Shown here in pieces: positions 57,389 to 64,000 of a DNA stretch of 64,000 bases (positions are counted from its first letter, which is position 1; every line of letters begins with the position of its first letter). The DNA lies in assembly GCA_964015035.1 (NCBI GenBank), contig CAXHCA010000005.1:15645-79644 (forward strand). The letters are read 5' to 3'. Position numbers and translations under genes: made by a program. Source of the DNA: an uncultured Saprospiraceae bacterium. GTDB taxonomy: Bacteria; Bacteroidota; Bacteroidia; Chitinophagales; Saprospiraceae. Below the pieces are notes generated by a model that worked only from the letters and a program-made list of their open reading frames with translations, had not been told where the DNA came from and ran no database searches.

Positions 57389-58468
57389 ATGATCAATGTT
57401 GAGTTGCTAAAAAAAATTTGTGAAACACCGGGAGCTCCGGGATTTGAGCAGCGCATTCGCGAACTGGTGGTACGCGAGGTACGGCCACTGGTCGATGAGC
57501 TGTCTATCGATAACATGGGCAATGTAATTGCCGTAAAAAGGGGAAAAGCACGCAAGAAAGCGATGGTTGCGGCTCACATGGATGAGATTTCCTTTGTGGT
57601 AACCTATATTGATGATGATGGCTTTTTGCGCTTTCATACGCTGGGCGGGTTTGATCCAAAGACCCTCACCTCACAACGGGTGATCGTGCACGGCCGGAAA
57701 GATGTAATCGGGGTAATGGGGTGTAAACCTATCCACCTGATGAAACCCGAGGAGCGTAGCAAGCAGATGCCTATTTCAGAATATTTTATCGATTTGGGCA
57801 TGAGTAAGGAGGCCGTTAAAGAGATTGTCAGCATTGGTGATCCGGTGACGCGGGAGCGGGGGTTGATTGAAATGGGAGATTGTGTCAATAGCAAATCGCT
57901 AGATAATCGCGTTTCGGTCTTCATTTTGCTGGAAACGTTGCGAGCACTAAAAGATGAAACGGTGCCCTATGATATCTATGGCGTCTTTACGGTACAGGAA
58001 GAGGTGGGGTTGCGTGGTGCGATTTCTGCGGCTCACTTTATTGATCCGGATTTTGGATTTGGACTTGACGTGACCATTGCCTTTGATGTACCCGGTGCGC
58101 AGGGGCACGAGGTGGTCACCAAGCTGGGGCACGGGGCGGCCATCAAAATTATGGACGGATCGGTTATTTCGGATTACCGCATGGTGAGCTATATGAAACA
58201 GGTGGCCAATGAACATCAGATCAAATGGCAACCCGAAATACTGCCTGCGGGTGGCACCGATACCGCCGGCATCCAGCGGTATGGTAAGAAAGGAGCCATC
58301 TCCGGAGCCATTTCTATTCCCTTGCGGAATATGCACCAAACTATAGAAATGGCCAATAAAGAGGATATCAGGCATTGTATTGATTTGCTTAAGGTGAGCC
58401 TAAGTCAACTGGATAAGTACAATTGGGAGTTTGCAGAATTGCCGCAGGAAGACAATGATTGGGGGTAA
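57389..58468 (+). CDS. M42 family aminopeptidase (FrvX/CelM-like)
   Basis: Blocks AHMDE, SLDNRVS, QEEVGLRGA and GGTDT. 359 aa. Confidence 0.85.
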   Translation: MINVELLKKICETPGAPGFEQRIRELVVREVRPLVDELSIDNMGNVIAVKRGKARKKAMVAAHMDEISFVVTYIDDDGFLRFHTLGGFDPKTLTSQRVIVHGRKDVIGVMGCKPIHLMKPEERSKQMPISEYFIDLGMSKEAVKEIVSIGDPVTRERGLIEMGDCVNSKSLDNRVSVFILLETLRALKDETVPYDIYGVFTVQEEVGLRGAISAAHFIDPDFGFGLDVTIAFDVPGAQGHEVVTKLGHGAAIKIMDGSVISDYRMVSYMKQVANEHQIKWQPEILPAGGTDTAGIQRYGKKGAISGAISIPLRNMHQTIEMANKEDIRHCIDLLKVSLSQLDKYNWEFAELPQEDNDWG

Positions 58469-58507
58469 TTCCTAACCACCAGGCAATTGAACCAAAAATA
58501 ACAGACT

Positions 58508-58762
58508 ATGTGGAAAGAAGAGCACGATCAGTTGAAAGCAACCTTTGCGTTTGAAAATTTTGTACAGGCATTTGCCTTTATGACAGAAGTGGCCTTTCAT
58601 GCTGAAAAGCAGGGGCATCATCCAAACTGGAGCAATGTGTACAATACCGTGGAATTTGCCCTCAATACGCACGATGCAGGAGGCAAGGTGACGGATAAAG
58701 ACCGGAAATTGGCCAAGGCGATAGATGGGGTGTATGAAAAGTTTGGAGGAGGGAAAGTTTAA
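58508..58762 (+). CDS. phhB: Pterin-4a-carbinolamine dehydratase
   Basis: 84 aa. PCD pattern FAFMTEVAFHAEKQGHHPNW...V...L.THD. Confidence 0.85.
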   Translation: MWKEEHDQLKATFAFENFVQAFAFMTEVAFHAEKQGHHPNWSNVYNTVEFALNTHDAGGKVTDKDRKLAKAIDGVYEKFGGGKV

Positions 58763-59097
58763 GAGAAAGGGCAATGGAGGATAAGTGTTTTCATGGATAG
58801 GATAAAGCCAAATCCAATATATTTTGAGCGGCACTGCTCAATAAAATCGAGCTGCCGTCAGGGGTTACTACTTCTTTCTAACCGAAGAGGGTGGGTATAA
58901 AAAAAAGCCCGCCCACATCCGCCAGGCCGCCAGGAGCTTGCGTACAGCTTGCGCATCAGCACAGAGCTGTCAGGGTAGGATGCGATGGGGCATCTACAGA
59001 ATCGCCGGCGAAGCTTATAAGGTCAATGACATTGCAATATAATAAAAAAAGTTTAATTTTAGATAAATTAAAAACATTTTTTGTAAAATATTTGTGC

Positions 59098-60243
59098 GTG
59101 CTAAATATCCAATCCAAATTGCCCCATACCGGAACCACCATCTTTACGGTGATGTCAGCTTTGGCCAATGAATATGGAGCCATCAACCTTTCTCAGGGGT
59201 TCCCCAATTTTCCTTCTTCCACCCGGTTAACGGAATTGGTTGCACATTATATGCGAGAGGGCTACAATCAATACGCTCCAATGGCGGGCGTGCCCGTCTT
59301 GCGGATGCAACTGGCTGCCAAAATTCAGCAGATGTATCAGATTGCCGTTAATCCCGAAGAAGAAATTACCATTACCGCTGGAGCAACGCAAGGATTATTT
59401 ACAGCCATTGCGGCTTTTATCAAGTCCGGAGACGAGGTCATTATCATCGAACCGGCTTATGATTCCTATGCACCATCGATTCAAGTGATGGGGGCAAAAG
59501 TCGTCCCCTATCAACTTAGCGCACCCGATTATCGCATCGATTGGGAGGCTTTCGCCCAATTGATCACATCGGACACCCGCATGATCATCATCAATACACC
59601 ACACAATCCTACAGGGAGCATTCTCGATAAATCAGACTTGCAGCAATTGGATCAATTGACCCGCGACACGGAAATTCTGGTCTTGAGCGATGAAGTGTAC
59701 GAGCACCTGGTTTATGATGGGGAAGAGCACCAAAGCGTCTTGCGCTTTCCCGAATTGCGCAAGCGTAGCCTCGCCGTCTATTCCTTTGGTAAAACCTTTC
59801 ACAATACGGGATGGAAAATTGGCTACTGTGTGGCACCACCCGAATTGATGATCGAATTCCGTAAGGTGCACCAATTTAATGTCTTTTCCGTCAATACACC
59901 TGTGCAGTATGCTTTGGCCGAATTTCTGACAACTCCGGAAGAATACCTGGAGTTATCCCAATTCTTTCAGCAAAAAAGAGATTTTTTCCTGTCTAAAATG
60001 CAGGGTAGTTCTTTAAAGCCCTTATCCTGTCGCGGCACTTATTTTCATCTCTTCGACTACAGTGCGATCAGCGATTTGCCTGAACATGAATTTGCGGTTT
60101 GGATGACCAAATATGTAGGCGTGGCCGCCATTCCGGTAGCTGCTTTTTATGGTCAGCAAAAAAGCGATCAGATCATCCGCTTGTGTTTTGCGAAAACAGA
60201 AGAAACCCTCGAAAAGGCAGCTGTTTTACTGCAAAAGCTCTAA
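59098..60243 (+). CDS. PLP-dependent aminotransferase class I/II (YbdL/methionine aminotransferase-like)
   Basis: The conserved N-terminus SKLPHTGTTIFTVMS...INLSQGFPNF begins just after the GTG at 59098. PLP-Lys lies in YSFGKTFHNTGWKIGY. The start is uncertain (alternative ATG at 59026). Confidence 0.85.
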   Translation: MLNIQSKLPHTGTTIFTVMSALANEYGAINLSQGFPNFPSSTRLTELVAHYMREGYNQYAPMAGVPVLRMQLAAKIQQMYQIAVNPEEEITITAGATQGLFTAIAAFIKSGDEVIIIEPAYDSYAPSIQVMGAKVVPYQLSAPDYRIDWEAFAQLITSDTRMIIINTPHNPTGSILDKSDLQQLDQLTRDTEILVLSDEVYEHLVYDGEEHQSVLRFPELRKRSLAVYSFGKTFHNTGWKIGYCVAPPELMIEFRKVHQFNVFSVNTPVQYALAEFLTTPEEYLELSQFFQQKRDFFLSKMQGSSLKPLSCRGTYFHLFDYSAISDLPEHEFAVWMTKYVGVAAIPVAAFYGQQKSDQIIRLCFAKTEETLEKAAVLLQKL

Positions 60244-60336
60244 TTGAAGCATTTCAATAGTGACTTTTTATTAAATTTAACATCTAAACTCATACATACT
60301 AGAGAAATACTTTCCTGTTCTTTTTTCTTACATATA

Positions 60337-60344
60337 TATATTTG
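60337..60344 (+). promoter_or_regulatory. Bacteroidetes-type -7 box TAnnTTTG (TATATTTG)
   Basis: Exact motif 59 nt upstream of the MscS gene ATG (60403). -33 element not confirmed. Confidence 0.3.
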
Positions 60345-60402
60345 TTATGTGTTGCATGACAATTAAGGATAGCCAATTAATCAAAACTTAATACCAATCG
60401 TT

Positions 60403-61209
60403 ATGAATTTTGACTTAGACAAAATCTCGGAAATGTTGATTGAATATGTCCCGAGAGTTGCAGGAGCCTTATTGACGCTGCTCATTGGCTTTTGGATCAT
60501 CGGCCGTTTGACCAGTTACCTGAGAAAAGTATTGGAAAGGCGCGATATTGACCCCACTATTCGGCCCTTTTTATTATCGCTGGTTAATGTAGGACTAAAA
60601 ATATTGGTACTGCTGAGCGTAGCCAATCAGTTTGGGATCGAAACCACTTCCTTTATCGCCATTTTTGGTGCGTTGGCTTTTGCCGTTGGTCTGGCGTTAC
60701 AAGGTAGTTTGGGGCATTTTGCAAGTGGGGTATTGTTACTCGTTTTCAAACCTTATAAAGTGGGGGACTTGGTCGAGATAGGCGGAGGTAAAACCGGAAC
60801 AGTGAAGGAAATCCAGGTATTTAACACCATATTATTGACGCTCGACAATAAGAAGATTATCGTACCGAATGGTGTGGTGACAGATAATGTGATTACCAAT
60901 ATTTCCGGACAAGATATCATCGGAGTAGAATTGACTTTCGGTATTGGGTACAACGACAGCATTGACAAGGCCCGCGAAATTATCTTACAGGTGGGCAACG
61001 ATTGTCCTTATATTTTGGATGATCCCAAACAAGCGGTAGTCGTTGCAGAACTGGGTGACAGCTCGGTGAATTTGGCTACCCGCCCCTTTTGCAAAAGTGA
61101 GGATTATTGGGCAACCTACTTTTATATGCAGGAGCATGTGAAGAAACAATTTGATCAAGGTGGTGTGAGCATCCCATTCCCACAGATGGATGTGCACATG
61201 GACAAATAA
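60403..61209 (+). CDS. Small-conductance mechanosensitive channel (MscS family)
   Basis: Three TM helices plus the MscS beta-domain (FKPYKVGDLVEIGGGKTGTVKEIQVFNTILLTLDNKKIIVPN). Confidence 0.85.
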   Translation: MNFDLDKISEMLIEYVPRVAGALLTLLIGFWIIGRLTSYLRKVLERRDIDPTIRPFLLSLVNVGLKILVLLSVANQFGIETTSFIAIFGALAFAVGLALQGSLGHFASGVLLLVFKPYKVGDLVEIGGGKTGTVKEIQVFNTILLTLDNKKIIVPNGVVTDNVITNISGQDIIGVELTFGIGYNDSIDKAREIILQVGNDCPYILDDPKQAVVVAELGDSSVNLATRPFCKSEDYWATYFYMQEHVKKQFDQGGVSIPFPQMDVHMDK

Positions 61210-61225
61210 ACAAGTTTTTATTGGT

Positions 61226-61270
61226 GGCGCTGTTTGGTGGCTTTAATTTTTCCCAAACAGCGCCTTTAAT
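61226..61270 (+). terminator. Hairpin/terminator after the first MscS gene
   Basis: Perfect 12-bp stem ggcgctgtttgg/ccaaacagcgcc with a 15-nt loop, followed by only a short T-run (tttaat). Confidence 0.45.
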
Positions 61271-61380
61271 AGGATATTGTAATAAACATCGTCTATTCTT
61301 AAATCGATCGATTTTTTTTGCGACGATTGTGAACTATTTCTAGCTCATTCCTTTATAGAGGGGAACACAAATCAACCTTT

Positions 61381-62217
61381 ATGAATATAGAGCTTATTCT
61401 CGAACAAATCCAGGCCTTTCTGGCCACTTACGCACTGAAAGCCATTGGTGCAATTATCACCTTAATTATTGGTTTCTGGGTCATCGGTTACCTGACTCGT
61501 TTGATCAAGAAGGGCATGGAAAAACGCCATATTGAGGTGTCTCTTCGCAGCTTTCTGGGATCCATCGTCGGTATTGGTTTAAAGGCACTGCTGATCTTGA
61601 GTGTCGCCAGCATGTTTGGGGTAGAAGTAACCTCCTTCATTGCCATTTTTAGTGCTTTGGCCTTTGCCGTAGGACTAGCATTGCAGGGAAATCTAGCCAA
61701 TTTTGCCAGTGGTGTCATTATATTAATTTTCAAATTTTACAAAGTAGGCGATTTTATTGAGGCGCAGGGCCACTCCGGGACCGTAAAGGAAATCCAGATA
61801 TTCCATACCGTCTTACTTGCACTCGACAACCGCATCATCATTATTCCCAATGGTGCAATGACCAGTGGGCCTATCCAAAATTATACGGCACAAGGCGAAC
61901 GTAGACATGACCTCACTGTAGGCATTGGCTACGATGACGATATTGACAAAGCCAAGCAAATCATCACACAAGTTGTTGAAAACCTGCCCGATATTGAACA
62001 CGAATTAGGCTATGATATTTTTGTAAAAGGCCTGGGCGACAGCTCCGTAAATTTTGCCGTAAGGTTTGTGGCCAAGAACGATTTCTTCTGGCCCGCATAT
62101 AAGCTTTTCTGGGAACAGATCAAGAAAGAATTTGACAAAAATGGCATTGGTATTCCATTTCCACAAATGGATGTTCATTTGAAAAAAGAGGAAGTGGAAG
62201 TAGAAAAAAAGGTGTGA
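61381..62217 (+). CDS. Small-conductance mechanosensitive channel (MscS family), tandem paralog
   Basis: Same architecture and block (FKFYKVGDFIEAQGHSGTVKEIQIFHTVLLALDNRIIIIPN). Confidence 0.85.
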   Translation: MNIELILEQIQAFLATYALKAIGAIITLIIGFWVIGYLTRLIKKGMEKRHIEVSLRSFLGSIVGIGLKALLILSVASMFGVEVTSFIAIFSALAFAVGLALQGNLANFASGVIILIFKFYKVGDFIEAQGHSGTVKEIQIFHTVLLALDNRIIIIPNGAMTSGPIQNYTAQGERRHDLTVGIGYDDDIDKAKQIITQVVENLPDIEHELGYDIFVKGLGDSSVNFAVRFVAKNDFFWPAYKLFWEQIKKEFDKNGIGIPFPQMDVHLKKEEVEVEKKV

Positions 62218-62299
62218 ATTTTTAAAATCCCTTGGTTCGATATGAAAATCAACAAAGTTTACGATAACTTTAAGGGTAGTTTTAAACAGACCCAACGCC

Positions 62300-63670
62300 A
62301 TGGAAAACGAGGACCAACCGGATTTTAAACCATCGACCCCAAGCAAATTCCAGCAATGGCTGGACAATCTGCAACAAGAAAGTTGGCAGCTGGAATTACT
62401 CGTTTCGGGCTTTGCCATTTTTTTGATTTTGGCGGCGTATGAACCACTACAAGAATTGGGACGCTCCGTAAGGTATCTTTCCCTCAGTATCACTCGCAAT
62501 TTTCTTCTCAACGGTCCCTTTACCATCATTATGCTCAGTTGGATATTTTTTCTCTTCAACCTGCTGTTGCATGTGGTGTTGAGAGGGTTGTGGATCAGTA
62601 CACTTGGTTTGCGCTATGTATCCGGAGACATTGATTATGCTCGGCTGGGGTATACCCAACGTTTTCGAACTATGTTGGAAAAGCGAATAGGAACTTTCGA
62701 TCAGTACATCGAACGGTTGGAAAAATTGTGTAGCGTCGTTTTTGCTTTTACTTTTCTCACCTTTTTTGTATTTCTCTCCTTTGGCCTGTATTTTCTGGTC
62801 TTGGGCCTGATGGTTAACGCAATTAATGCCTTGGGACTCTGGGGAGTCCCCTCCTCAGTCTTTAAAATACTTTTGATCCTTTTCGTCATCTTTTACTTCG
62901 CAGCAGGATTGCTTTATATGGTGGACTTCCTTACATTAGGTTGGTTGAAGCGTAAATCCTGGGCCACTAGGTGGTATTTTCCCATTTATCGAGTGATGAG
63001 CTGGATCAGTCTTTCCTTTATCTATCGGCCAATTTATTACAATTTGGTAGACAACCGATTTGGAAGGAAGGTTGGTTTTCTCCTGGTGCCTTATATCGTC
63101 TTGATTATGCTGTTGAGTAGTCTGTATTTTGAAACACATGACTATTTTCCCAAAAATCAAAGCGAGGCCATCACCTTTTACAGAAATAATTATGATGATT
63201 CTCGAGACGAAGACATTTTGGTCACTTATCCATCGATCTCCTCCCAGTACATCAGCAATGGATTTTTGGACGTCTTTATCCCGTATCTCCCCGTACAGGA
63301 TGATCGCACTCTCAGACTCATTTGTCCGGATTTTACCCCTATAAAATCAACCAAGCTGAAGAGTGATATCATCATCATCAATGATGACGCAATAGATCAG
63401 AAGACTAAGGTAGATTCTTCTTTTTTATGTTTAAAACAACTGTCACGTGTTTACATCAATGACAGTTTATTTCACGACATTGATGCTTTGCTATTCGAAC
63501 ACCCCAGCCGACAGGAACGGGGGTTAAGGGCTACGTTTGATGTGGCCTACCTGCCACGTGGCAAACATTTGTTGAGAGTAGAAAAACAAAGGCGCTACCA
63601 AGGTGATTCTCCGGTAGTAGATAGCTTGTTTTGGGCCCCCATTACTACTATTCCGTTTTGGATGGAGTAA
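62300..63670 (+). CDS. Hypothetical polytopic membrane protein with soluble C-terminal domain
   Basis: 456-aa ORF with several TM segments in the first ~280 aa. No recognised motif. Confidence 0.6.
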   Translation: MENEDQPDFKPSTPSKFQQWLDNLQQESWQLELLVSGFAIFLILAAYEPLQELGRSVRYLSLSITRNFLLNGPFTIIMLSWIFFLFNLLLHVVLRGLWISTLGLRYVSGDIDYARLGYTQRFRTMLEKRIGTFDQYIERLEKLCSVVFAFTFLTFFVFLSFGLYFLVLGLMVNAINALGLWGVPSSVFKILLILFVIFYFAAGLLYMVDFLTLGWLKRKSWATRWYFPIYRVMSWISLSFIYRPIYYNLVDNRFGRKVGFLLVPYIVLIMLLSSLYFETHDYFPKNQSEAITFYRNNYDDSRDEDILVTYPSISSQYISNGFLDVFIPYLPVQDDRTLRLICPDFTPIKSTKLKSDIIIINDDAIDQKTKVDSSFLCLKQLSRVYINDSLFHDIDALLFEHPSRQERGLRATFDVAYLPRGKHLLRVEKQRRYQGDSPVVDSLFWAPITTIPFWME

Positions 63671-63780
63671 GGAACAGCAGGTAGTGGCGAGATGCCGGAA
63701 GTCAGATCGAGACAACAGTGCATCATCAACCAAAACTTTCCCGAACGGCCTGCCCCTCCTCTACTCCGGTCCAGGGTCTG

Positions 63781-64000
63781 TTACCACTCGTACAAATAAT
63801 TATACTTCACGGTGATGTTATAAAAGTTGAACGGCATATCGGCAACAGTGGTGTTTTGCAATTCACTCTTTGGGGTTTTGCCGGTGATGTTATAGGCAAA
63901 TTCAAGCGCAAAACTGCTGATTTGCACGCCTAATCGTGGTGATACGGCCAGGTTAAAGCTGCTTTCTGAAGGGATGGTAGAGCTATTACCTGTTCCGTCC
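63781..64000 (-). CDS. 3' end of a gene running off the window; C-terminus resembles an outer-membrane beta-barrel protein
   Basis: My own translation of the minus strand gives an open frame from the window edge to TAA (63781-63783): ...SSFNLAVSPRLGVQISSFALEFAYNITGKTPKSELQNTTVADMPFNFYNITVKYNYLYEW*. It is absent from the ORF track, presumably because no Met-initiated ORF of sufficient length falls inside the window. Confidence 0.4.
   Translation of the reverse strand, partial: DGTGNSSTIPSESSFNLAVSPRLGVQISSFALEFAYNITGKTPKSELQNTTVADMPFNFYNITVKYNYLYEW

Noticed and set aside
58861-59025. GC-rich 165-bp segment upstream of the aminotransferase with faint resemblance to repeat B (ggtgggtat, cagggta) and to 37170-37240
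   Set aside because: The matches are only 7-10 nt and I could not build a convincing collinear alignment by eye. It needs a computed alignment before being called a repeat copy.
62005-62559. 184-aa minus-strand ORF bridging the MscS gene end and the next gene start
   Set aside because: It overlaps two well-formed plus-strand genes and has no motif.
1-64000. CRISPR arrays, tRNA and rRNA genes
   Set aside because: No regularly spaced short direct repeats, no tRNA T-arm/acceptor patterns in the intergenic regions I inspected, and no rRNA-like stretches. This was an eye scan only, and tRNAscan/Infernal would be definitive.

Overview
This 64-kb chromosomal window looks like a Bacteroidota genome. 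That is an inference from T9SS/Por-type C-terminal sorting domains on secreted proteins, several ECF sigma/anti-sigma pairs, TAnnTTTG-type -7 boxes and weak Shine-Dalgarno signal. I cannot name the genus by eye. About 50 protein-coding genes are supported. Most are housekeeping: mnmG, pepP, thiL, mtaB, lpxK, queD, peptidases of families S41/M4/M28/M42/M15, an aldehyde dehydrogenase, a form-II CoxG-S-L-M molybdoenzyme cluster with a MoxR ATPase, and two MscS channels. I saw no rRNA, tRNA or CRISPR array.

The accessory or unusual content is:
1. 12.7-18.0 kb holds an overlapping HipA-like kinase/DUF3037 pair, then a 531-bp decayed IS flanked by TAA target-site duplications, then a tightly linked pair of a CHAT caspase-like protease and an N-terminally extended alpha/beta-hydrolase. 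This pair is my best candidate for an undescribed conflict/defence module.
2. 43.2-47.6 kb holds a translationally coupled operon of ECF sigma, anti-sigma-like protein and an exported TPR-CHAT protease.
3. A MITE family of 160-193 bp has ~17-20-bp terminal inverted repeats and 3-bp TNA-type duplications. Three clean copies share termini with the decayed IS, and there are also solo or degenerate ends.
4. A second ~130-150-bp hairpin-rich repeat family has two copies.

All homology calls come from motif recognition by eye or recall. No searches or computations were run.
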